A stretch of DNA of 24,698 bases, taken from positions 1 to 24,698 of IMG/VR virus record IMGVR_UViG_3300020436_000090; one strand, written 5' to 3'. Under the pieces are notes generated by a model. That model was not told the DNA's origin, did no database searches, and was given only the letters and a program-made list of their open reading frames with translations. The DNA comes from a virus. Taxonomy: Duplodnaviria; Caudoviricetes. Of this stretch, positions 1 to 9,552 are shown piece by piece; position 1 is the stretch's first letter, and each line of letters opens with the position of its first letter. A program made the translations under genes and the position numbers.

Positions 1-16
1 CATAAATCCAAACGGA

Positions 17-2386
17 ATGTACACGGGAGGTAATGTGGGAGCAGCGCCAGTTGCTCCTGCCTCATCAGTTCCCGACTTAAATATGGCAACTGCGACAGCG
101 GCTGCCCCCGGATTGTTCAATTACTTAGGCAATACAGTTAATGCTTTCGGCAATCAAACGACGCCCACTGCTACTGGAGTAGCAACTCCTGTTGCTGGCT
201 CTGCAACGCTAGGGGGCGTCCCTACTACGCCGCAACCAGCAGGCGGTCAGCCAACAACAGACGGCATGGTGTATACCGGAGGCACTCCTAATTTCGACGA
301 ATCAACTGGAACCTATACTGACGGCAGGACTACAACTGGGGGCGCGGCCCCGTCTGGCCCTGAAGCATTGTTCAATAATACGCTGGCAACCATAGAAGCC
401 ACGACAAACCCAACACCTGTAACGGAAACGCCACAGCCTCGTTTCAACCTAGTACAGTCATCAGCTGATGCAATCCAAAATGCAACTCAAGGCACTCAAG
501 GGCTGTTAGGGTTTAGTGCAGACCAAATTTCCTCGGGGGCCGCAGGATCACAAGGTTATGACGCAGTTGCTACTAGCGCAGAACAAGCCGCCTCACAGGG
601 CTACGGCGCAAACACGGTAGGCAGTCAAGGTTATGGCATAGAGCGCGCAGGCAGTAGGGGGTACGATGCGCGAGAGGTCGGTTCTCAAGGCTATACGGCT
701 TCTGAAGCTGGCTCACAAGGTTATGACGCGATAGCGAATGCGGCGGCGGAAAGGGCGCGGTCACAAGGCTATGGTGCAGAAAGAATTGCTGGTGTGGGTC
801 CGGTTAGGGCAGAGCGCATACAAGGTGTAGACCCAATAGTCGCAGAGCGCGCTAGATCAGGACAAATCGCCGACACTGACCTATCGCGTTATACCAACCC
901 GTTTGAAAACCAAGTAGTACAGCAGTCGCTGTCTGATTTAGAACGCGCACGACAAATACAGCAAAACGTGCAGGGCGCACAGGCTCAGGCCGCAGGCGCT
1001 TTCGGTGGGTCACGGCAAGCAATCGCGGAAGCAGAGACTAATCGAGCATTTGCTGAACAGGCGGCGCGCACTGCGTCAGGGTTACGGCAAGCAGGCTTTA
1101 CGCAGGCACAACAGGCGGCACAGTCAGACATAGCCTCTAGGCTCCAAGCTGATCTAGCAAATCAGCGTTCAGCGTTGCAGGCTGGAACTACGACCGCGCA
1201 GTTAGGCCAGCAGGCGCAGATAGCAAACCAGACAGCCGGGCTACAAGCAGACACAACGACGGCGCAACTAGGTCAGCAAGCGCAAGCCTTGAATCAAGCG
1301 GCGGCTAACCAAGCGGCGCAATTCACAGCTGGGGCAGCTAACCAAGCCTCGCTGCAAAATGCGCAATTAGGGACGCAAGCAATACTTGCTAATCAGGCGG
1401 CGAGAAACCGAGCGGCAGAATTCACTTCACAAGCGGCTAATACAGCCGCGCTACAAAATGCGGCGGCACGTAATGCGGCGATGCAATTTGGTGCAGATGC
1501 GGCCAACAGAGCGCAACTGGCGAATCAAGCGGCGGTCAATCAGGCGGCTCAGTTCGGCGCTCAAGCGTCAAATGTCGCAAACCTACAGAATGCGGCTGCT
1601 CAGAATCAGGCGTCACAATTTGGTGCGCAGGCCGCTAATACCGCAGGGCTTGCAAATCAAGCCGCTCTCAACCAAGCGGCTCAGTTTGGTGCGCAAGCGG
1701 CTAATGTCGCGGCTTTACAAAATGCTCAACTGGGTACGCAAGCGAATCTTGCGAATCAAGCCGCGCAGAATCAGGCCGCACAGTTTACAGCAGGCGCGGC
1801 TAACCAAGCGTCTCTGGCAAATCAGGCTGCGGCAATGCAAGCGCAAATTGCAAATCAGAATGCTCAGTTACAGAGTCAAAATTTTAACCTCGCGGCGCTT
1901 AACCAGCTTGGAAACTTTGGTATGCAACAGTTTGACATGGCTAACCAGATTAACCAGTCGGTTGCTCAACAAGGCGCATTAGAGCAAGCCGCGCAACAGG
2001 CCATCATCGATGCCGCAAGAGGCCAGTATGCTGGATTCGTCGGGTCACCACAGCAGGCACTACAGACGGCGTTAGGCGCGTTTGCTGGGTCACAGACAGG
2101 ACAGCAGACGCAAACTACAAGCAGACAGCCAGGGCTGTTTGATTACTTGACGCTTGGCGCTCAAATATCTGACGTAAGGCTCAAGAAAAACGTCACGCCG
2201 ATTGGTAAGGCACGCAACGGCCTGAATCTTTACGCGTGGGAGTGGAACGAGGCTGCAAATGCCGTAGGTCAGCATGGCAGCGGGGCAGGCGTCATTGCGC
2301 AGGAGGCGCAAGTCTTGAGGCCCGAGGCCGTAACGCGTGGGTCGGACGGATATCTCAGAGTTGACTACAACAAGGTGTTGGTATGA
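17..2386 (+). CDS. Probable DNA ejection/pilot internal virion protein with repeats and a C-terminal peptidase S74 (intramolecular chaperone) domain; probably 5'-truncated
   Basis: Frame is open to the window edge (no stop upstream of 17). Ala/Gln/Asn/Gly-rich, with YTNPFENQVV...GAFGGSR motifs typical of podovirus ejection-like proteins. C-terminal SDVRLKKNV...GVIAQE...DGYLRVDY matches S74 (2168-2386). Confidence 0.7.
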   Translation: MYTGGNVGAAPVAPASSVPDLNMATATAAAPGLFNYLGNTVNAFGNQTTPTATGVATPVAGSATLGGVPTTPQPAGGQPTTDGMVYTGGTPNFDESTGTYTDGRTTTGGAAPSGPEALFNNTLATIEATTNPTPVTETPQPRFNLVQSSADAIQNATQGTQGLLGFSADQISSGAAGSQGYDAVATSAEQAASQGYGANTVGSQGYGIERAGSRGYDAREVGSQGYTASEAGSQGYDAIANAAAERARSQGYGAERIAGVGPVRAERIQGVDPIVAERARSGQIADTDLSRYTNPFENQVVQQSLSDLERARQIQQNVQGAQAQAAGAFGGSRQAIAEAETNRAFAEQAARTASGLRQAGFTQAQQAAQSDIASRLQADLANQRSALQAGTTTAQLGQQAQIANQTAGLQADTTTAQLGQQAQALNQAAANQAAQFTAGAANQASLQNAQLGTQAILANQAARNRAAEFTSQAANTAALQNAAARNAAMQFGADAANRAQLANQAAVNQAAQFGAQASNVANLQNAAAQNQASQFGAQAANTAGLANQAALNQAAQFGAQAANVAALQNAQLGTQANLANQAAQNQAAQFTAGAANQASLANQAAAMQAQIANQNAQLQSQNFNLAALNQLGNFGMQQFDMANQINQSVAQQGALEQAAQQAIIDAARGQYAGFVGSPQQALQTALGAFAGSQTGQQTQTTSRQPGLFDYLTLGAQISDVRLKKNVTPIGKARNGLNLYAWEWNEAANAVGQHGSGAGVIAQEAQVLRPEAVTRGSDGYLRVDYNKVLV
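548..772 (+). repeat. Seven S(Q/R)GY peptide repeats, five at an exact 30-bp period
   Basis: Ser codons at 548, 593, 623, 653, 683, 713 and 761. Confidence 0.9.
1292..1870 (+). repeat. 11/22-aa repeats (consensus about NQAAxNQAAQFGAQAANxAxLx)
   Basis: About seven degenerate 22-aa units plus 11-aa inserts (NAQLGTQAxLA) in the translation. Confidence 0.85.
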
Positions 2387-2760
2387 ACCCGATAGAAATG
2401 ATGGTAGCTGCACAGCAAGCGGCAGGAGCGCAACGCAATCCTAATGTGGGCCTTTTGCGATCTTTGCCGCAACCAGCAATGCAGGCAGGCGCAGGCATCA
2501 TGGGGTCGTCTGCAGGCATCGACAGAGATTCTATGCTGAAAGATTATTTGAGAACGCAAGGCATTGATCCTGAAAAACTGACCCCAGAACAGCTGCAGTC
2601 ATACTCCAAGGATTTTGGGGTGATGCAGGCGTTAAGCTCTGCGCCCGCTCGTGGACTGCAGAAGTTAGAGAAGGGCATTGATTCTATCCAAGGCCAGATT
2701 CAAAAGTTGCCTGAGAGAAAAGACCAATTAATAAACCTTTTTCAAATGATGGGTAAATAA
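2383..2760 (+). CDS. Hypothetical protein (125 aa), probably virion-associated
   Basis: ATGA overlap with the upstream gene; lies in the ejection-protein cluster. Confidence 0.7.
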   Translation: MNPIEMMVAAQQAAGAQRNPNVGLLRSLPQPAMQAGAGIMGSSAGIDRDSMLKDYLRTQGIDPEKLTPEQLQSYSKDFGVMQALSSAPARGLQKLEKGIDSIQGQIQKLPERKDQLINLFQMMGK

Positions 2761-2762
2761 AT

Positions 2763-4049
2763 ATGGGAGCGTCAGGCAACCAGAATGCAGTAATGCCCAA
2801 CGTGCCTATGGGTCCAAACCCGGGCGCGTATGGCATGCAGTCGCAAATGACCACGCAGCCGCCACCACCGCCAGCGTCGCCTCCAGGTTTCGGCCAACGC
2901 TTTATGGGCATTTTGGAGGGCATTGGCGGCGGCATATCTGATTATTTAGACGATGACGAAAAGCGTGCGCGCTTAGTTTTAGCACTCAACTCTATGCGGT
3001 TGCAGCCTGATGCTGGGTTGGCTTCTGCGATGGGCAGACAACTTGAAACAGCGCAGCAAATGAGGCTGTTGAATGCTCAAGGCAATCGCACCGCTGCGGC
3101 AATTCGTCAAATTGGTGGACCAAATGCAGAACAATATGCAAAGGCTATTGAGGAAAATCCCGCATTTGCAAAAGAGTATTTTGCGGCGTTCATAAGAGAG
3201 GCTCAGGAGCCTACCTACAGGGTCATGTCAGGCAGTCAACTAAATCAAGCAATGCCGGGCGCAAATTTCGACCCATCGAGAATGTATAACGTGCCAGAAA
3301 CAGATGGCGCTCTTGATCCGCGCAATCCAATAAAACAGGTGGGCGGCGGCGGTGTCACTATCAATAACCCTGCAGACAATACGGTACTACAAAATGCCGC
3401 AAATGAATCGCTGGTAGGTGCCATTGAACGCGGGGCCGGTGCACTACGGCAAAACATGTATTTAGATCAAGTAAGTGAGGTGTTCAAAGGGGGGATGGCG
3501 CAGGGTCCGCAAGCAGCGTTTATAGCTGATTTGAGAGAGCGCGCGGCGGTGATTGGGTTCCCAATAGATGAAAGTGAACTGAGTGATACGCAAAGACTAA
3601 GAGGCTTGACGGCAAAGCTTGTCAGTGAAGAGTTGAGGCTGAACAAAGGACCGCAGACAGATTTTGACGCCATGTATGCGCAAAGTTATAACCCAAACAT
3701 TGGCCTCACGGCAGAAGCCAATCAAGCAATGATAAGGGATTATCGATCAATGAATGCCCTTGCTAAAACTATCGGGGAGGTGGCGTCAGGCAGAAAAATG
3801 ACGTTTGCCGGTGAGGGCAATGATTTGCAGTTAAGTCAACGAGTCAACCAATATCGCACGACGCTCGGGTCAGCGGTGCGCATTGAGAACGACCCCAGTA
3901 ATCCGGCTAATGATAAATATGCGCTCTTTAGCGACTTTGAAGAAACCCTCAGAGGGCAAGGCAAAACAGCCAAGCAAATTCTTGATGAGTGGGCAAAATT
4001 GCATGATGAGATGAGGCGAAAAGAGAGGGCGCAACGGTTCGGCTCATGA
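2763..4049 (+). CDS. Putative DNA ejection/internal virion protein (428 aa)
   Basis: Tightly coupled to its neighbours; Gly/Pro/Met-rich N-terminus, helical body and GGGGVTINN motif common in ejection proteins. Confidence 0.55.
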   Translation: MGASGNQNAVMPNVPMGPNPGAYGMQSQMTTQPPPPPASPPGFGQRFMGILEGIGGGISDYLDDDEKRARLVLALNSMRLQPDAGLASAMGRQLETAQQMRLLNAQGNRTAAAIRQIGGPNAEQYAKAIEENPAFAKEYFAAFIREAQEPTYRVMSGSQLNQAMPGANFDPSRMYNVPETDGALDPRNPIKQVGGGGVTINNPADNTVLQNAANESLVGAIERGAGALRQNMYLDQVSEVFKGGMAQGPQAAFIADLRERAAVIGFPIDESELSDTQRLRGLTAKLVSEELRLNKGPQTDFDAMYAQSYNPNIGLTAEANQAMIRDYRSMNALAKTIGEVASGRKMTFAGEGNDLQLSQRVNQYRTTLGSAVRIENDPSNPANDKYALFSDFEETLRGQGKTAKQILDEWAKLHDEMRRKERAQRFGS

Positions 4050-6235
4050 CTGACGTAATTCAAATAATGCGAGAGCAAGGAAAGCTGGTATCAGGTGGTT
4101 CTGGCAGACCTTCATTCACTCCTCGGCCAGAAGAGCAGAGCCTTGGTTCCCCGGTCATGCAGGGGTTGCAAGACAATGGTCGAATTTACAGTACACCCTC
4201 TGGCCTTGTATTCGTCTCAGACACATTTTCGTCTATAGATCAGAACGAAATTGAAAAAATAATGCGGCGTCACCGGTCTAATATGCCGCGCAGTGCATTC
4301 CCAGAAGAAATCGAAGCGTTGCAGTCAATGCAGACTACAGGCGGCGCACTAGGCGCAACTGTTGAAAAGGCGTCTCAAGGTTTGCCATTTGTAGGAGAGT
4401 TCATTCCAGAACTTATTGGGGGCGCAAGTCCGGAGGCGCGCAGCAGAATGGAAACGCGCCAAAGAGTATTTGAGGAAGAAGAGCCAGCCTTAGCATTCGG
4501 CGCGCGGACTATCGGGTCTATGGCTCCGATGGCAATCCCAGGCGCAGGAGCGGCTTTAGGCTCTCCTGTCAATCCATTGGCGGCTGGTGCCAGAGGCGCT
4601 GCACTCACGGGCGCAGAGTCAGGCGTGTCAGGATTTGGCGCTGGTGAGGGCGATGTTGTAGAGCGCGGCATCCGGGGCGCGCAGGACGCCGCTATCGGTG
4701 CGACATTTGGCGGGTTGTTCAATTACCTGTCATCGCGGTTGCTGACTGGTTCTGGCGGTATAGGCGACTTACAAGAAGCTGCGAAAGACATTGCTAAAGA
4801 GTTGAATATATCAAATGGCGCGGCCTTGATCTTAACTCAAACCATACAGAGTGGCGGCAGTATTGAAGACGGCCTTACGCGAATCAGGCAGGCTGGTGAC
4901 CAAGGAATGTTGGCAGACGCGGATTTGAGCATTGCGGCTTTGCTTGACACGGCTATCCAAATGGGCGGGGGAGACGCTCGAACGGTTGGCACAAAAACAG
5001 TGGCAAGAAGGTCTGCTGATCAAAGCAGGCAAATCGAGGGCGCGCTCGACCAAACTTTAGGACCGACGCCAAGGGGCGTGCGCACAATGCAAGAAGAGGC
5101 GTATGCGAGAACGGCAGACGCAAGAAGGCAAGCATACAATAAAGCCTACGACACGCCGATAGATTATGCCTCGCCAGCAGGCCAAAAATTAGAGGCAATC
5201 ATCGAGCGTATCCCGGTCGAAACGGCAGAAAAAGCGATACGAAACGCCAACAGAGACATGTCGTTAGAGGGCATGCCGCGTGCCAGCCAAATAAAATTCA
5301 CCGTAAATCAGGACGGATCAGTATCCTTGGCAGAACAGCCAAATGTAATGCAGTTAGATTACATCAAGCGCGCGTTACAAGAAGAGGCGTTCAACGACCT
5401 TGGTGTTTTGGACAAGCCCTTATTCAACAATTTCGCCAACGAGCTAAGGGATGCGCTAGGAGACTTAGTGCCGTCGTACAGAGATGCGTTGAAACTGGGC
5501 GGCGACACGATTAGAGAAGCCAAGGCCGCTGACTTAGGCAAAGTGATATTCAGAGCGTCAACGCCGCTAGAGGACGTATTATCCGCTATTGAGGGCGCTA
5601 GCCAGACTGAGCTAGAAACGCTAAAGCTCGGCGCAAGAGTAGGGTTTAGAGACGCTATGGAGAACGCGCGAGGCTTAATATCAAACAACGCAGATGATCC
5701 AGAAGCCATCGCCGCAGGCAGAAAATTTGTCAATGATTTAAGCTCCGCAATGAATCGTAGAAAATTAGGCGCATTGCTAGGAGAGGACAGTGATGAGTTC
5801 AGAATGCTCACGCAGCAGCTGGAGCAAAGCAGAATCGCTTTCAATCTAGATGCGAACATTGCGCAAAACAGCGCAACGGCAAGGCGCTTGTCAATCAAAG
5901 AAACCATAGACGAAGCCACCGCGCCGACGCCCTCGCAATCGGTGATGATGGGCAGGCCAGGGGAAGCCACGGCAGGCGTAATACAAAATATAAGTGGCGT
6001 CACTGACGGTGCAATTACAAAAGAACGCCAGGCCGCTTTAGGTGAGTTGGCACGAGTTCTTACGGGCGCTGACGGTTTGACGGGCGCAAGTGCAGAGCGG
6101 GCTTTAGCGTTGATTAACAAAAGGATTGCAGGAGCAACACTAGACGCGACTGAAAAGTCAGAGCTAGACATGCTAATTAGAGCGGCAGGCACGCCAGCTG
6201 TCTCAGAGTTGGTGACGATGTTAGGTAATCTATGA
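4046..6235 (+). CDS. Putative large DNA ejection/transfer protein (729 aa)
   Basis: ATGA overlap; Gly/Ala-rich hydrophobic segment (GAALTGAESGVSGFGAGEG...) followed by a long helical region; positional inference. Confidence 0.55.
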   Translation: MTDVIQIMREQGKLVSGGSGRPSFTPRPEEQSLGSPVMQGLQDNGRIYSTPSGLVFVSDTFSSIDQNEIEKIMRRHRSNMPRSAFPEEIEALQSMQTTGGALGATVEKASQGLPFVGEFIPELIGGASPEARSRMETRQRVFEEEEPALAFGARTIGSMAPMAIPGAGAALGSPVNPLAAGARGAALTGAESGVSGFGAGEGDVVERGIRGAQDAAIGATFGGLFNYLSSRLLTGSGGIGDLQEAAKDIAKELNISNGAALILTQTIQSGGSIEDGLTRIRQAGDQGMLADADLSIAALLDTAIQMGGGDARTVGTKTVARRSADQSRQIEGALDQTLGPTPRGVRTMQEEAYARTADARRQAYNKAYDTPIDYASPAGQKLEAIIERIPVETAEKAIRNANRDMSLEGMPRASQIKFTVNQDGSVSLAEQPNVMQLDYIKRALQEEAFNDLGVLDKPLFNNFANELRDALGDLVPSYRDALKLGGDTIREAKAADLGKVIFRASTPLEDVLSAIEGASQTELETLKLGARVGFRDAMENARGLISNNADDPEAIAAGRKFVNDLSSAMNRRKLGALLGEDSDEFRMLTQQLEQSRIAFNLDANIAQNSATARRLSIKETIDEATAPTPSQSVMMGRPGEATAGVIQNISGVTDGAITKERQAALGELARVLTGADGLTGASAERALALINKRIAGATLDATEKSELDMLIRAAGTPAVSELVTMLGNL

Positions 6236-8331
6236 AGCTGAAACCGTTAAAAGACGACGAAATTGAAAGCATCGCAGCTACCGCGATAGAGGATGCGGTG
6301 GATTTTGTTGAGGCTGAGATAACCCCAGACCGAATCAAGGCGCAAGATTACTTTGATGGTAAAACGGAGTTAGGTTTTGAGGAGGGTCGATCCCGGGTCG
6401 TAGCCACAAAAGTGCGAGACAACATCCGCGCCATCAAGCCGTCGTTAATGCGCGTATTTATGAACACGGACAAGCCTGTAGAGTTTGTGCCAACCGGGCC
6501 AGAAGACATTGCGGCAGCAGAGCAAGCTACGCAATACATGCACTATAAATTCAACGAGTCTAACGGCTTCAAAATACTGTCAGATGTTTTTCAAGACGCG
6601 CTAGTCAAGAAAATTGGCGTAGTAAAGGTGTACTACGAGGATTACAGTGACACTGAGGTTTTTACATACAACGATCTGACAGACGATGAGTTTGCCCTAA
6701 TTGCTCAAGACGACAACGTCCAGGTCTTAGAGCATAGCCGCGAGACTGTCATGATGGCAGACGAATTTGGCGTGCAAGTAGAGCAATCTAACCACTCGCT
6801 TAAAATCGCGCGTGTGCAGCCAAAGGGCAAGCTGTGCGTTGAGTCAGTGCCGCCAGAGGAGTTTTTTGTTGATCGTAATGCACGCGCTATTGATGACGCG
6901 TATTGCGTAGCGCATCGTCGTGAAATGCGCGTCAAAGACCTCATGGGAATGGGCTATGAGTTTGACGACGTTATAGATGAGGCAGGCACAGGCGAATCTG
7001 ACACACTGTTAGAGGAAGAGGATTTTGCCCGCCGTGGATATTACAACGACTCTACTGATGACAATGTAAACGACCCAGCGATGCGCCCAATCCTAGTGAC
7101 CGAGGCGTACATGCACATCGATGTATACGGCAATGGCTACCCTTTGCTGCATCGCGTTCTGTGCATTGGCGGCGGCTACAAGATGCTGGATTATATGCCG
7201 TGCGATGAGGTGCCGTTTGCCATCTTTGAGGTAGACCCAGAGCCACACTCATTTTTCGGTAGGTCGCAAGCCGACTTGATATTAAACGACCAAGACGTTT
7301 GCACCAGCATGATCCGAGGCATTCTCGATAACGTCGCGCTAACTAATAATCCGCGCCAACAGGTTATAGAAGACCTAGTCAACATGGATGACGTTCTCAA
7401 CAATGAGGTTGGCGCAATAGTCAGAGTCAAGCAGGCGGGCGCTATACAAGACCTGGCCATCCCGTTCATTGCTGGTACGACGCTTCCGGCGCTGCAATAT
7501 CTAGATGAGCAAGTGGACGCTAAAACCGGAGTATCCCGGGCGTCAATGGGCCTCAACCCAGACGCTTTGCAAAATACAACAGCAACCGCTGTGGCGGCGA
7601 CAATGCAGGCTTCAGCGGGTCAGGTAGAGGTGATTGCCCGCAATCTAGCGGAAGGCGGGCTGAAGCGCATGTATGCGTTGATGCTTCAAGAGGTGGTTAA
7701 GAATACGCCGCGCGAGGAAATCATGAGGTTAGGCGGTCAATTCGTCCCGATAGACCCCCGGGTATGGAATACCAGCATGGACCTCTCAGTGAATGTTGGC
7801 CTTGGCACAGGCAAAGAAGATCAAAAGATGGCTTTGCTGCAACAAGCTCTGCAATTCCAAATGCAAATTATGCAGGGCTACGGGCCTCAAAACGGACTCG
7901 TTACGCTTACACAGATACGCAACACGCTCGCAGATATGCTTGCATTGGCAGGCATTCGCAACGCTGACCGGCACTTCACGCCCATGAATGCGGAAACTGA
8001 ACAATTGCTATTGCAGCGTGCGCAACAAGCACAACAGGCGCAGGCACAGCAACAGGGCGACCCAGCGCAAATGCAGGCACAGGCAATCTTGCAGGCAGAG
8101 CAGCTGAAGGCGCAGGCGAAGGCGCAGACCGACATGGCTAAGTTGCAGCAAGACGGCCAGATAAAGATGGCAGAGATGGGCCTAGAGCAACAAAAGCTGG
8201 CGATGGGTGACGACTTAAAACGCGATCAAATGGATCAAGACCTATTAGTTGATGCCGCCAAGGTGCTAGGACAATATGGCACCCAGGTAGATGTCGCTTC
8301 AATAAAAGCGGCGCAGAATGCAAATCGCTAG
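6232..8331 (+). CDS. Portal protein (P22-like, with C-terminal Gln-rich barrel)
   Basis: 699 aa; motifs GRSRVV, PSLMRVF, VPPEEFFVD, PEPHSFFGRS, ILDN, TGVSRASMG, TTATAV, ARNLAE; Gln-rich tail; directly upstream of scaffold and capsid. Confidence 0.92.
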   Translation: MKLKPLKDDEIESIAATAIEDAVDFVEAEITPDRIKAQDYFDGKTELGFEEGRSRVVATKVRDNIRAIKPSLMRVFMNTDKPVEFVPTGPEDIAAAEQATQYMHYKFNESNGFKILSDVFQDALVKKIGVVKVYYEDYSDTEVFTYNDLTDDEFALIAQDDNVQVLEHSRETVMMADEFGVQVEQSNHSLKIARVQPKGKLCVESVPPEEFFVDRNARAIDDAYCVAHRREMRVKDLMGMGYEFDDVIDEAGTGESDTLLEEEDFARRGYYNDSTDDNVNDPAMRPILVTEAYMHIDVYGNGYPLLHRVLCIGGGYKMLDYMPCDEVPFAIFEVDPEPHSFFGRSQADLILNDQDVCTSMIRGILDNVALTNNPRQQVIEDLVNMDDVLNNEVGAIVRVKQAGAIQDLAIPFIAGTTLPALQYLDEQVDAKTGVSRASMGLNPDALQNTTATAVAATMQASAGQVEVIARNLAEGGLKRMYALMLQEVVKNTPREEIMRLGGQFVPIDPRVWNTSMDLSVNVGLGTGKEDQKMALLQQALQFQMQIMQGYGPQNGLVTLTQIRNTLADMLALAGIRNADRHFTPMNAETEQLLLQRAQQAQQAQAQQQGDPAQMQAQAILQAEQLKAQAKAQTDMAKLQQDGQIKMAEMGLEQQKLAMGDDLKRDQMDQDLLVDAAKVLGQYGTQVDVASIKAAQNANR

Positions 8332-8336
8332 CAGGG

Positions 8337-8345
8337 TGATATAAT
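8337..8345 (+). promoter_or_regulatory. Extended -10 promoter (TGnTATAAT), probably driving scaffold and capsid
   Basis: TGATATAAT at 8337-8345 in the intergenic gap after the portal. Confidence 0.6.
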
Positions 8346-8599
8346 TGGACATTACAGTCCGGTCTAGCCGGGCAAAGGCGCTGCTCAATGATCCTACCTA
8401 CAGTGACACTGTAGAGGAGCTAAAAGCAGAGCAAGTAGGGATTTTTCTCAACCAAGGCTCAACAGTCGAGGAGAGAGAATCGGCGCACGAAGTAATTCGT
8501 GCTTTGGCAAAAATAGAGGCGCGACTCAACTCCTATATTACGGACGAGAAGCTCCTCAAGAAGCAGAAGGATCAGCACCGTGGCAGAGGCAACGACTGA
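8345..8599 (+). CDS. Small helical protein between portal and scaffold (84 aa, TTG start)
   Basis: RAKALLNDP...ERESAH pattern typical of the gene found between portal and scaffold; AGGGTG upstream. Confidence 0.7.
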   Translation: MDITVRSSRAKALLNDPTYSDTVEELKAEQVGIFLNQGSTVEERESAHEVIRALAKIEARLNSYITDEKLLKKQKDQHRGRGND

Positions 8600-9539
8600 G
8601 CTAAACGCAAACGACATGGAAGCCGTAGCTAACACACTAATTGTGGAAGAAGCGGCACCGGAGGAAGAGTCGAAACAAACCCTCGATGAAGAGGATGTGG
8701 AAGACGAAACCCCAGAGGAAGACGCTCTAGATGAAGATGTTGAAGAGAGCGATGAAGAGGATGAAGCAGAGGAGGCTGAAGACGCCGGTCAGACTGAGGA
8801 ACTTTATACTGTTAAGGTCGATGGATCAGAACAGGAAGTAACCCTCGACGACCTCAAGCGGTCATACAGCGGGCAGGCTTACATTCAAAAAGGAATGCAG
8901 GAGACGGCAGCGGTCAAGAAAGAGGCCGAGGGCGTTTACAATGCATTGCTACAAGAGCGGCAAAAGACGTCACAGCTTTTGCAGCAGCTTGAGGGTGGAG
9001 GATATGTACCGCCTCCCGTACCCCCAGACAGGGCACTCTTTGACAAAGACCCTATCGGGTATATGGGAGCGAAAGCTGACTACGACGAACAGTTACAACA
9101 ATGGGGTTTGCAACAGCAGGCGATAAAGGATGCGCAGGAAGCGCAGGGCGCTCAAATGCAAGCCGCGCTAGAAATACATCTCAAAGACGAGATGGCAAAG
9201 CTAGTGCAACATGTACCTGAGTTTGGTGACGCTGAAAAAGCAACCACGATCAGAGACAACCTTGTTAAGTTCGGTCAATCAGAAGGCTTTAGTGCGGATG
9301 AGTTGGCTGGTCTAACTGACCACAGGCACATTTTGGTTTTGCGTAAAGCTATGCTGTACGACGAACTGCATTCTAAAAAGGATGCGGTGACGAAGAAGGC
9401 AGAGAAAGCAAAGCCGTTCGTAAAGGCCGGGGCCAAAAAATCCTCTAGCGCAGGCAAGGCAAAAGCGAGACAGAACGCTGCCGCTCGAATGAAAAAGTCA
9501 GGCTCCGTCGATGACGTAGCTAAATTTCTTTTGAGTTAA
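8580..9539 (+). CDS. Capsid scaffolding protein
   Basis: Acidic N-terminus, YTVKVDGSEQEVTLDDLKRSY, DHR..LVLRKAMLYD, C-terminal KKSGSVDDVA; precedes the major capsid gene. Confidence 0.88.
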   Translation: MAEATTELNANDMEAVANTLIVEEAAPEEESKQTLDEEDVEDETPEEDALDEDVEESDEEDEAEEAEDAGQTEELYTVKVDGSEQEVTLDDLKRSYSGQAYIQKGMQETAAVKKEAEGVYNALLQERQKTSQLLQQLEGGGYVPPPVPPDRALFDKDPIGYMGAKADYDEQLQQWGLQQQAIKDAQEAQGAQMQAALEIHLKDEMAKLVQHVPEFGDAEKATTIRDNLVKFGQSEGFSADELAGLTDHRHILVLRKAMLYDELHSKKDAVTKKAEKAKPFVKAGAKKSSSAGKAKARQNAAARMKKSGSVDDVAKFLLS

Positions 9540-9552
9540 GAGGAATCTTAAA

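Noticed and set aside
1386-1982. 198-aa alternative-frame + ORF
   Set aside because: Arg/Leu-rich by-product of the Ala/Gln repeats; no RBS
5359-6192. 277-aa minus-strand ORF
   Set aside because: Antisense shadow of the 729-aa gene, with Ser/Ala-rich composition and no motifs
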